Shown piece by piece: positions 22,427 to 34,270 of a stretch of 64,000 nucleotides of DNA. The notes beneath the pieces are model-generated. The model saw only the letters and a program-made list of their open reading frames with translations, searched no databases and had not been told where the DNA came from. Position numbers and translations under genes: made by a program. The first letter of the stretch is position 1; each line of letters starts with the position of its first letter. The stretch spans positions 150,228,001 to 150,292,000 of the forward strand of contig CM059432.1 of the NCBI GenBank assembly GCA_030390025.1, given 5' to 3'. Source of the DNA: Squalus acanthias (Eukaryota).

Positions 22427-25400
22427 TACTACCAGTGCCACGTGCTAGTAAGAGTACAGAGAACAGGATAGTTAGGCTAAATACGTGGCTTGAGCAGTGG
22501 TGCAAGAGGGAGGGTTTTAAATTTTTGAGGCATTGGAACCAGTTTTGTGGTAGGTGTGACCTATACAAAAGGGACGGTCTACACCTGTGCAAAGATGGAA
22601 CTGATGTTCTCGGGGTAATTTTTGATAAAGCAGTTCGGGAGCATTTAAACTAGTATGGCAGGGGGCTAGAAACCTATGTAGTGAAATAGAGGAAAGTGAA
22701 AGGCAGACAGAAATAAATGGTAAACGGGTGAGGAACAAAAAACAAAGGGCCAAACTAATTCATAAAAAATGTGAGCATAAAAAAAGCCTGAGGGTTTTAT
22801 ACCTTAATGCGAGAAGCATCAGGAACAAGGTAGATGAATTAGCTGTGGAAATAGAGGTTAATAATTATGATCTAATTGGGATTACGGAAACATGGTTGCA
22901 GGGTGAGCAGGGCTGGGAGCTTAACATACAGGGGTATTCAGTATTTAGGAAGGATCGACAAAAAAGAAAGGGAGGAGGGGTAGCATTGCTGGTAAAAGAG
23001 GGGATAAATGCAATTGAAAGGAAGGATATTAACTCAGTTAATACAGAATCTATATGGGTGGAGCTAAGAAATAGCGAGGGGCGAAAAACATTAATAGGAG
23101 TGGTATATAGGCCTCCAAATAGTAAAATAGAGGTTGGGGAGGGCATCACGAGGGAAATTAGAGAAGCGTGCAATAAGAGCACAGCTGTCATCATAGGTGA
23201 CTTTAACTTACATATAGATTGGACTAGCCTAATCAGTAAAAATAATGAGGAGGAGGAATTCCTTGAGTGTTTAAGGGATGGTTATCTGGATCAATATGTC
23301 GAGGAACCAACTCGGGAACAGGCTATATTGGACTGGGTACTGTGCAATGAGAAGGGACTAATTAGTAATCTTGTTGTACGGGGACCCTTGGGTCAGAGCG
23401 ATCATAACATGATCGATTTCTCACTCGAAATGGAGAGCGAAGAAATTGACTCAGAGACTAAGGTCCTGAATTTAAACAAGGGGAATTATGATGCCATTAG
23501 ACGGGAACTGAGTAGGTCTGATTGGACAACGTTCCTGGGAGGACTGGAGGTAGATAAACAATGGCAAGCATTTAAAGATAGAATGACAAAATTGCAAAAA
23601 TTGTTTATACCAATCTGGCATAAAAGGAAATCTAAAAAGGTGACTCAACCGTGGATAACAGGGGAAATTAGAGACAGCATAAAATCCAAAGATAGGGCGT
23701 ATAAAATAGCCAAAAAAAGCGCCAGAGCGGAAGATTGGGAACAGTTTAAGATAGAGCAAAGGAGGACAAAGGGCTTAATCAAGAGGGGCAAAATAGCTTA
23801 CGAAAGCAAGCTGGCGGAAAATATAAAAACTAACTCCAAAAGCTTTTATAAGTATATCAAGAGGAAAAGACTGGTGAAAAACAAAGTTGGTCCATTGCAG
23901 TCAGATACGGGGGAATATATAACGGGAAATAAGGAAATGGCAGACCAACTAAATGCATACTTTGGGTCAGTCTTTACGAAGGAAGACACAAAAAACCTCC
24001 CTGGGATATCGGGAAAAATAGGGACATTGGCAAAGGAGGAACTGACGCAAATCAATATCTCTAAGGATATGGTGTTAAGGAAGCTAAAGGGATTGAAGGC
24101 GGACAAATCCCCAGGGCCTGATAACATGCATCCTAGGGTACTGAAGGAGGTGGCCCTAGAGATAGCGGATGCACTAAGTATGATTTTTCAGAATTCATTA
24201 GACTCGGGAACAGTGCCCATGGATTGGAGGGTAGCTAACGTTACCCCACTATTCAAAAAGGGGGGTAGGGAAAAAGCAGGTAATTACAGACCTGTAAGCC
24301 TTACATCAGTTGTGGGCAAAATGCTGGAGTCCATCATTAAGGATGAAATAGCGGAGCACTTAGCAAATGGGGACAGGATAGGACAGAGTCAACATGGATT
24401 TGCAAAGGGTAAATCGTGCTTGACTAATCTATTGGAATTTTTTGAGGGAGTAACTGGTAAAATAGATGGGGGAGAGCCAGTAGATGTGGTGTACCTGGAC
24501 TTCCAAAAGGCCTTCGACAAGGTCCCACATAAAAGATTAGCATGGAAAATTGAAGCTCATGGGATAAAGGGGAAAGTATTGACGTGGATAGAGAACTGGC
24601 TGTCAGATAGAAAACAGAGAGTTGGAATAAACGGCTCATTTTCTGAATGGCAGGCAGTAACAAGTGGGGTACCGCAGGGATCTGTCCTGGGTCCCCAGCT
24701 GTTCACAATTTACATTAATGACCTGGATCAGGGAGTCGGATGCAGCATTTCCAAATTTGCAGACGACACTAAACTAGGAGGGGGGGTGGGCTCAGAGGAG
24801 GAGACCAGGAAGCTCCAGAGCGATTTGGACAGACTGGGTGATTGGGCGGTTAAATGGCAGATGCACTATAATGTGGACAAGTGCGAAGTTATCCACCTTG
24901 GGTGCAGGAACGGGAGGGCAAATTATTATTTAAATGGCAATAAATTGGGAGAGGGGGAAGTACAGAGAGACCTGGGTGTTCTTGTACACCAGTCACTGAA
25001 GGCGAGCATGCAGGTGCAACAGGCGGTCAAGAAGGCAAACGGTATGCTGGCCTTCATAGCAAAAGGGTTGGAATACAGGAACAGGGATACCTTGCTGCAG
25101 CTGTACAGGGCACTGGTGAGACCACACCTCGAGTACTGTGTACAGTTTTGGTCGCCTCATCTGAGGAAAGATGTTCTTGCCATGGAGGGGGTACAGCGGC
25201 GATTCACCAGGCTGATACCAGGAATGGCGGGATTGACCTATGAGGAGAGACTATGTAGTTTAGGGATGTACACACTGGAGTTTAGAAGATTGAGAGGGAC
25301 CTCATAGAAGTGTATAAAATTCTGACAGGTCTAGACAGACTAGATGCAGAAGGAATGTTTCCCTTGGCGGGTGAGAACAGAACTAGAGGACATAATTTAA

Positions 25401-25684
25401 GGATAAGGGCTGAACCATTTAGGACAGAAATGAGGGGGAATTTCTTCACTCAGAGGGTGGTGAACCTGTGGAACTCATTGCCACAGAGGGCAGTGTACGC
25501 CAGCTCATTAAATATATTTAAGAGGGAATTAGATATATTTCTACAGGCAAAAGGGGTTAAGGGTTACGGAGAGAAGGCGGGGACGGGATACTGAATTGGA
25601 GGATCAGCCATGATCTCATTAAATGGCGGAGCAGGCTCGAAGGGCCGGATGGCCTACTCCTGCTCCTATCTTCTATGTATCTAT
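22427..25684 (+). mobile_element. Young CR1 LINE: end of ORF1 (SGNH esterase-like) plus near-intact ORF2
   Basis: ORF1 ...YKRDGLHL... to 22653; ORF2 below; tail (tctatgta)n. Confidence 0.95.
22728..25594 (+). CDS. CR1 ORF2, AP-endonuclease + reverse transcriptase, one frameshift at about 25297
   Basis: 859-aa open frame with YLNARS, GITETW, YRPP, GDFN, SDH, GVPQGSVLGP, KFADD; continues in another frame to 25594. Confidence 0.9.
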
Positions 25685-27289
25685 GTAACGAGCAGGGTGG
25701 GTAAAGGGGAATCAGTAGATGTCATGTATTTGGATTTCCAGAAGGCTTTCGATGAGGTGCCACATAAAAGGTTACTACACAAGATAAGAGCTCACGGGGT
25801 TGGGGGTAATATATTAGCATGGTTGGAGGATTGGCTAACTAACAGAAAACAGAGAGTCGGGATAAATGAGTCATTTTCAGGTTGGTAAACTGTAACTAGT
25901 GGGGTGCCGCAAGGATCAGTGCTGGGGCCTCAGCTGTTTACAATCGATATTAATGACTTGGATGAAGGGATCGAGTGTAATGTAGCCAAATTTGCTGATG
26001 ATACAAAGATAGGTGGGAAAGTAAATTGTGTGGAGGATGCAAAAAATCTCCAAAGGGATATAGATAGGCTAAGTGAGTGGGCAAAAATCTGGCAGATGGA
26101 GTTTAATGTGGGAAAATGCGAGGTTATCCACTTTGGGAGGAAAAATAAAAAAGCAAGTTATTATTTAAATGGGGAGAGACTACAAAATGCTGAGGTACAG
26201 AGGGATCTGGGGGTCTTTGTACATGAATCACAAAAAGTTAGCATGCAGGTACAGCAAGTAATTAGGAAGGCAAATTGAATATTGGCCTTTATTGCAAAGG
26301 GAATGGAGTATAAAAGTAGGGAAGTCCTGTTACAACTGTACAGGGCGTTGGTGAGACCACACCTGGAGTACTGCATACAGTTTTGGTCTCCTTATTTAAG
26401 GAAGGATATACTTGCATTGGAGGCAGTTCAGAGAAGGTTCACGAGGTTGATTCCGGAGATGAAGGGGTTGTCTTATGAAGAAAGGTTGAGCAGGTTGGGC
26501 CTATACTCATTGGAGTTTAGAAGAATGAGAGGGGATCTTATTGAAACATATAAGATTCTGAAGGGGCTTGACAGGGTAGATGCAGCGAGGATGTTTCCCC
26601 TCGTGGGGGAATGTAGAACTAGGGGGCATAATTTCAGAATAAGGGAGGAATTTCTTCTCTCAGAGGGTCGTGAATCTTTGGAATTCTCTTCCCCAGAGAG
26701 CTGTGGAGGCTGGGTCATTGAATATATTTAAGGTGGAGATAGACAGATTTTTGAAAGGTAAGGGAGTCAAGGGTTATGGGGAACGGGCAGGGAAGTGGAG
26801 TTGAGGCCAAGATCAGATCAGCCATGATCTTACTGAATGGCGGAGCAGGCTCGAGGGGCCAAATGATCTACTCCTGCTCCTACGTCTTATGTTCTTATGT
26901 TCTCTAAAGGACATTAGTGAATTAAATGGGTTTTTACGACAATCCAGTAGCTTCATGGTTACTGATACTAGATTTTTTATTCCACACTTTTTTTTAATTA
27001 ACTGAATTCAAATTCCACAGCTGATGGGATCTGAGGTCATGTCTGAGCTCAGGCCTCTGGATTACTAGTCCAGTAACATAACCACTATGCTACTGTAAGT
27101 TGGGACAAAGGCAAACACATTTGAACTCATATTAGACCAATTTAAGTCAGTTTTGAAGGTGGTCACTGAATAGGATCATCTACAAATCATTTCTACTTCA
27201 CGGAGTCTTTATTTCCATTTCGTCAGTTGGAAAATAATGGTAAAGAACTGAAAACCTCTGTATGTACAGTGCATACATAGAGAGAATAC

Positions 27290-28151
27290 AGACTGCAGTT
27301 GTAGGCTGCAAAGAGACATTGATAGGATGCAGAGCTGGGCCGAAAAATGGCAGATGGAATTTAACCCTGATAAGTGCGAGGTGATTCATTTTGGTAGGGC
27401 AAATTTGAATAAGGATTACAGGGTCAACGGCAGGGTTCTGAGGAACGTGGAGGAGCAGAGGGATCTGGGGGTTCATATCCACAGATCTCTGAAGGTTGCC
27501 ACTCAAGTGGATAGAGCAGTAAAGAAGGCCTATGGTGTGTTGGCGTTTATTAACAGAGGGTTTGAGTTTAAGAACCGTGAGGTTATGCTGCAACTGTACA
27601 GGACCTTGGTGAGACCACATTTGGAATAGTGTGTGCAGTTCTGGTCACCTCACTATAGGAAGGACGTGGAAGCATTGGAAAGAATGCAAAGGAGATTTAC
27701 CAGGATGCTGCCTGGTTTGGGGGGGAGGTCTTATGAGGAAAGATTGAGGGAGTTGGGGCTTTTCTCTTTAGAGCGGAGGAGGATGAGAGGCGACTTAATA
27801 GAGGTTTATAAGATGATGAGGGGGATAGATAGAGTGGATGTTCAGAGACTATTTCCTCGGGTAGAGGCAGCTGTTACAAGGGGGCATAACTATAAGGTGC
27901 ATGGGGGGAGATATAGAAGGGATGTCCGAGGTAGATTTTTTACTCAGAGAGTGGTTGGGGTGTGGAATGGACTGCCTGCTGTGATAGTGGAGTCGGACAC
28001 TTTAGGAACTTTCAAGCGGTTATTGGATAAGCACATGGAGCACACCAGAGTGATAGGGAGTGTGATAGCTTGATCTTGGTCTCGGACAATGCTCGGCACA
28101 ACATCGAGGGCCGAAGGGCCTGTACTGTGCTGTACTGTTCTATGTTCTATG
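27290..28151 (+). mobile_element. CR1 3' fragment (different subfamily)
   Basis: WAEKWQMEFNPDKC...LVRPHLE*CVQFWSP; tail (tgttctat)n. Confidence 0.9.
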
Positions 28152-28513
28152 TGACAACAGCAACCTATTTGACATTTGAATAATTTATTTAACATTTTAT
28201 TTACATAAACGATATGGTTTATAATCAAAATACTCAATGACGAGCTGTGGAATAATGAACTCAATCTACTCATGAAGAGTTGCAGAACTAATTTGTGACT
28301 TTGATATTTGTAAGTTTTCAGATCTTTCTCATTCCTGAAATAAATTCTACAGTTAGATTCCCCAGTAAATGTCCTCAAAATATCAGTAAAAAGAAAAGTG
28401 CCGTCATAGAAGTAAAAAATGGAAATTACATCTGTGCATTCTTTTTAAAAGCTGCAGTGAATTTATAGGATGCCACTTGATCAGCTGAAGCCTTTGAAAA
28501 TTTAGAAGATAAT

Positions 28514-29901
28514 GGCCTGGATTTTGCTCTCAGTGGTGAAGGAACGGCGCTCGCCTCGCTGACAGCAGCCCACAGACGTTTCCCGGGCTCGTCAGTGGAG
28601 ACTTGCTCTAATCCAGCGTCTTTTACAGCACGGCACCCTCTACAGGGGCTCTGTGGCATCTGTGAACAGGGTAAGCAACAGCGAGGCTCTTCAACCAATT
28701 AGATTACAGAATTCTCACTGAGTCACGCAGGGGGGAGTTTTAACCCCAAAGGTCGGGCGGGTTTGGGTTGGGTGGGAGATTAAAGTGTTGAAAATCTGAA
28801 TCCCGATCCCAACTCGCCTGCTTCCGGGACGGGACGGCGGGGGGGGGGGGGGCGGGGGGGGGGGGCAGGGGGCTGGGTGCGGACAACCAACCAGCTCCCA
28901 GGAGGCGGGCTGGCAATTTAAATATTAGAATGAGGCTGCATGCCTCTGGAAACCCGCCGGCTAAAGGGAGGTGAGGACTGCTGGACCCAGGAGGTAAGTG
29001 CCTTTCCACTTACCTGAATCCAGCGTACCCGCCTCGCCAAACCCCCGTAATCGGACACTCCCTGATCCTTCCGATCACCCCTGACCTCCGGCCTCCGATC
29101 TCAACCCGCGCTCTCGCTCGGCCTTCGATCCCTCTCTCCCGCCTCCCCGCTCCCCGGCTGCAGCCTAGTGCCGAAGGCCTACCCACCCGGCAGCTGGCCA
29201 GCCTCTCAATCTGACTGGCTGCGGCCGGGAAATGGAGAAAGAAAATGTTAATCAGTCCCGCTGTTAAATTCAGCAGGGCCGGAGGGAAACCCGTTCTTCT
29301 GGGTTTCCTGACTACAATCCAGCCCCTCTGCTCAATCCAGCCTGCAGAGTCTAAACCAGGAAGTATAAACCAGGAAATATAAATTTATATTTAAATGATG
29401 TACAGAAAGCAAAATAAAGATGGGAAATACAGCTGGGATTAAGGGAGAGAGATAAAAGAGACAGACAGAAAAGGTAAAAATAATTTATTTTCTTTTATTT
29501 TAAATCTCCAACACTAATTTTCTTCTGAGGGAATGAGACTCCACACTTGTAGAATTAATTTTTCAGGCCAGAGGGGTTGTTCAGCAGTAATTATCACTTA
29601 TCACGCCATTAAAAACTCACTTACTCCTGAATGTACCAGTCATAACTTTTTCAACTGTTTTTAGTACGGAACTGGTGGGAGGTACAGCAAGTTCACGCCG
29701 CTGCAGTCATTTCAATGCCAAGTCTATCAGCGAGGACTGCAATAGCGCACCCTGTGGAGGAGCAGGGTATCTCCGACAGCAACCTCCGGATTTCCGCGTT
29801 TAGCTGCGCTTGCGCGTACCCCAAAAGTTGCTGTCAGAGTTCCTCTATTATAATGGTGAGTGCCGATAGCTTCACTGCTATTCTCATCGCAAATTCTGGG
29901 C
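28514..29901. mobile_element. Harbinger-type MITE with a second MITE nested at about 28730-29340
   Basis: Ends ggcctggattttgc / gcaaattctgggc, AAT duplication on both sides; GC-rich inner element with poly-G. Confidence 0.6.
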
Positions 29902-30802
29902 AATAAAAAATATCAGAAAAAGGCATTGTCTATATGGAGCAGCCTCTAGTAGAAACAGCTACAAAAATTCTGCTATTCCGTTCAGTTCTTCTGCGTCTGT
30001 TTGTAGTTCAGTCTAGAGACTGATAGCAAATTGATTAATCCCCCACATCACACTGTGCTTTTTGTACTTGTTTCAGGGAAATGAAGGCAGCGGGTACGTG
30101 GGCAATCTTCTATAACAGTTTGCAGTAGTATAGGAATATTTTAGAATTGCCCATAAATCAATAGATGCTTGTATACCAGAGTAATGTGAAATTAAGCTGT
30201 CAATGCAGTACAACTATTAACTGAACATAAATGTCAAGATGCTCTTTTGATGTACTTATGGGATGCTTAACCTACAGCATGACACAAACCAAACTATAAA
30301 TCAGTTGCTGGGAAGCATCATGCCTGATATGACTATTACGTATAGAAACATGTACATCGGATTTAACAGGTACTGCTATGATAAACTGCTTGTGAAAACG
30401 GAACAACTGCAATTTTTGTTCTCATATCCTGACAAATGAGCACATTTTGCACAGTGCTTCAGCAGCTTTTAATCATACAGATATAACAATTTCTAATTGA
30501 GAATGCTATCTCGTGGTCCTATTTTCAACATCAACTTATCAGAAAACTCTAGCAAGTGGAAGTTCTAAATTTGAGCTTTCAACTACTCTTTGGGATTGAA
30601 ACATTTAAGATGTTAGAATATCAACCTTTACGTAGTATTCTTTACAAGCTACTCATTGGTAACCAAACTAGATCACTTCAAATATGTTTGGCACTAATGA
30701 ATGCAAATAACCCAATATTTGATTGTATGCTTCCAAACCAGTACTAATTAAACAGGAGACATACAGCGAGGTCCACTTATACGAGATTTTAATTTGAACA
30801 GA

Positions 30803-33177
30803 GAACTATAAGAACATAAGAAATAGGAGCAGGAGTCGGCCATTCGACCACTCGAGCCTGCTCCCACATTCAATAAGATCATGGCTGACCTTCTACCTCA
30901 ACTCCACCTTCCCTTGGTTCTCTTAGTATCCAAAAATCTATCACTCTCTGTTTTGAATATACTCAATGACTGAGCATCCTCAGCCCTCTGGGGTAGAGAA
31001 TTCCAAAGATTCACAACCCTTTCAGTGAAGAAATTTCTCCTCATCTCAGTCCTAAATGGCCGACCCCTTGTTCTGAGACTGTGACCCCTGGTTCTAGACT
31101 CCCCAGCCAGGGGAAACATCCTCCCAACAGCTACCCTGTCAAGCCCCTTAAGAATTTTACATGTTTCAATGAGATCACCGCTCATTCTTCTAGACTCTCG
31201 GGAATATAAGCCTAGTCTACTCAATCTCTCCTCAAAGGACAATCCCCCCATCCCAGGAATCAGTCTACTGAAGCTTCGTTGCACTCCCTCTAAGGCAAGT
31301 ATATCCTACATTACAACAGTGACTACACTTCAAAAGTACTTCATTGGCTGTAAAGCGCTTTGGGATGTCCGGTGTTCGTGAAAGGTGCTATATAAATGCA
31401 AGTCTTTCTTTCTTTCCTTTTCTTCCTTAGGTAAGCAAACCGAAACTGTACACAGCACTCCAGGTGTGGTCTTCAGCGTCCTATATAATTGCAGTAAGAC
31501 TTTTTTACTCTTTTACTTCAATCCTTTTGTAATAAAGGCTAACATACTTTTGCATACTAATTGCTTGCTGTGCCTGCATGTTAACTTTCTGTGAATTGTG
31601 TACAAGGACACCCAAGTCCCAGTGAATACTAACATTTCCCAATCTCTCATCATTTAAAACATATTCTGCTTTTCTATTTTTCCACATTATATTCCATCTG
31701 CCATGTTCTTGCCCACTTACTTAACCTGTCTATATGCCTTTGCAGCCTCTTTGCATCCTTCTCACAACTTACTTTCCCACCTAACTTTGTATCGTTAGCA
31801 AACTTGAATACATTACACTCAGTCCCCTTATTTAAGTCATTAATATAGATAGTAAATAGCTGAGGCCCAAGCACTGATCCTTGCGGTACCCCACTAGTTA
31901 CAGCCTGCCAACACGAAAATAACCCGTTTATTCCTACTCTCTGTTTTCTGTCTGTTAGCAATCCTCAATCCACACTAATATATTACCCCCAATCCTATAA
32001 GCCCTAAGTTTGTGTAATAATCTCTTGTGTGGCAACCTATGAAATGCTTTTTGAAAATCCAAATACACTACATCCACTGGTTCCCCCTCATCTACCCTGC
32101 TAGTTACAACCTCAAAAAACTCCATTACATTTGTCAAACATGATTTCCCTTTCATAAATCAGTGTTGATTCTGCCCAATCATATTATGATTTTTTAAGTG
32201 CCCTGTTACCACGTCCCTAGTAATAAATTCTAGCATTTTCCCAACTATCCATGTCAGGGTAACTGGTCAATAGTTCCCTGTTTTCTCTCTCCCTCCTTTT
32301 TTGAATAGCGGGCTTACATTTGCTACCTTCCAACCTGTGATGACCGTTCTAGAATCTAGGGAATTCTGGAAGATCAAAACCAATGCATTCACTATCTCTA
32401 GCTATCGCTTTTAAAACCCTAGGATATAGGCCATCAGGTCCAGGGGATTTGTCGACTTTTAGTCCTATTAATTTCTCCAGTACTATTTCTTTACTAATGC
32501 AAATTTCTTTAAGTTCCTCATTCTCACTCGATCCTTGGTTCCCCACTGAGAACAGATACAAATTATTTGTTTAATGTCTCTGCCATTTCCTTATTCCCCA
32601 TTATAATTTCTCCTGTATCTGCCTGTAAGGGACCCATGTTTACTTTCGCTAATCTCTTCTTTTTTATATACCTATAGAAGCTTTTGCAATCTGTTTTTAT
32701 GTCTCTTGCTAGCTACTCTCATATTCTCTTTTCTCTCTATCAATTTCTTGGTCATTCTTTGCTGAATTCTAAAATCCACACAATCCTCAGACTTACTACC
32801 CTTTTTGGCAACATTATAAGCCACTTCCTTTAATCTAATACTGTCTTTAGCTTCTCGTTTGCCACGGTTGGACCAAATTTCCCATGGTGTTTTTATTCCT
32901 TAAGGGAATGTATATTCGTTGCGAATTATAAATTGTTTCTTTAAATCTTTGCCATTGCTTATGTACCATCGTATATTTTAATCTAGTTTCTCAATCTACC
33001 TCAGCCAACTCACCCCTCATATCTACATAGTTTGCTTTGTTCAAATTTAAGATCCTAGTTTCAGAGTTAAGTAAATCACTCTCAAACTCAATAAAAATTC
33101 TATCATATTATGATCACTCTTCCCCAGAGGCTCCTTTCCTGCAAGGTTATTAATTAACCCTGTCTCATTGCACAATT
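30803..33177 (-). mobile_element. Decayed CR1 ORF2 + 3' tail, with a SINE tail inserted at about 31305-31417
   Basis: Fragments KSPGPDG, KGKSCLTN, GVPQGSVLGP, FANDTKL; (aagaacat)n tail. Confidence 0.92.
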
Positions 33178-33842
33178 GTGACACTTATTTTATGTCAACT
33201 GTTGTGTTTTCCCATTCATACCAAGCGATATTTATTTAATTGAAAAGATGTGTGTTTACGTGTTGTTTTATGTTTGACTGATTTTACACTGCTCCCAATA
33301 ATACTGAGCATCTGTCCACCATATTGGACGCTTATGCACCCGTTTACCGCCCAAAAAACGGGTGCAGCATGATCGAATTTCTGGGTCAGTGCCTTTGCAT
33401 AATCCAGAGAAACAAGGTCAATTTTCCAATTGCGCACTCCTAGTGTGGAACCTTGCCTGCCAGGAGTGTATATGGGCAAATTGTGTTCTCAGTCTCCGAT
33501 TTTACGTCATCAAAAGTATAATGGAAAATTGTGAGTGATTTTTTTGACAAGCGCTCTGGGCTGGAGAGGCTCCATGTTGGGCGTGCGCATTCAAAAGATT
33601 TACCCTAAGATTTTCAATGACCAGCTGAAGGGCATGGAGGAGGATGAGATGCAGTTATCCAGCCATTGCACTGAGTGAGCACCGAGGATGTACGATTTGA
33701 AGGAGTGGAATCTAGGGCTGCCAGTATGTAGTGCACGGATGAGTGAGGTATTGCCTTTGAAATATACCATCAACTTTATTTTTTTAAACTTTGAAATAGA
33801 AAATACTTAACTTTGTAGAAAGTGAAAGTTGTTTTTATTTAT

Positions 33843-34270
33843 AAAGAAAGAACTTGCATTTATATAGTGTCTTTCACGACCTTGGACATCCCAAAGCACT
33901 TTACAGCCAATTAAGTACTTTTTCTTTGAAGTGCAGTCACTGTTGTAATGTGGTACCCAATTTGCACACAGCAAGGTTCCACAAACAGTAATAAGGTAAT
34001 GACAAGATAATCTGTTTTAGTGAAGTTGGTTAAAAGATAGATATTGGCCAGGACACCAGGGAGATCCACCCTGCTGTTCTTCGAATAGTGCCATGGGATC
34101 TTTTACATCCACCTGAGGGCAGACGGGGCCTCGGTTTACCGTCTCATCTGAAAAACGGCACCTCCTACAGTGCAGCATTCCCCCAGTACTGCACTGGATT
34201 ATGTGGTCAAGTCTCTGGAGTGGGACTTGAACCCACAACCTTCTGACTCAGAGGGTGAGCCGTGGCTGAC
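33843..34270 (-). mobile_element. Deu-domain SINE (SacSINE1/AmnSINE1-related)
   Basis: B-box-like ggttcaagtccc in the head; body ...gtgccg..ttcagatgagacggtaaaccgaggccccgtctgccctcaggtggatgtaaaagatcccatggcactatt matches the Deu domain as I recall it; tail ends (ttct)n. Confidence 0.75.

Larger units (their letters stand above)
22382..26903 (+). mobile_element. 5'-truncated CR1 (pieces 22382-22426 and 25685-26903)
   Basis: KSCLTYLLEFFED at left continues as VTSRVGKGESVDVMYLDFQKAF at right; in-frame stops; tail (tcttatgt)n. Confidence 0.88.
22163..27096 (-). mobile_element. tRNA-headed SINE split in two (22163-22381 and 26904-27096)
   Basis: ccttcc|ctaaagg rejoins across the inserted LINEs; A-box-like tagcatagtgg at the 27096 end; 3' tail shared with LINE at 50355. 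Confidence 0.8.
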
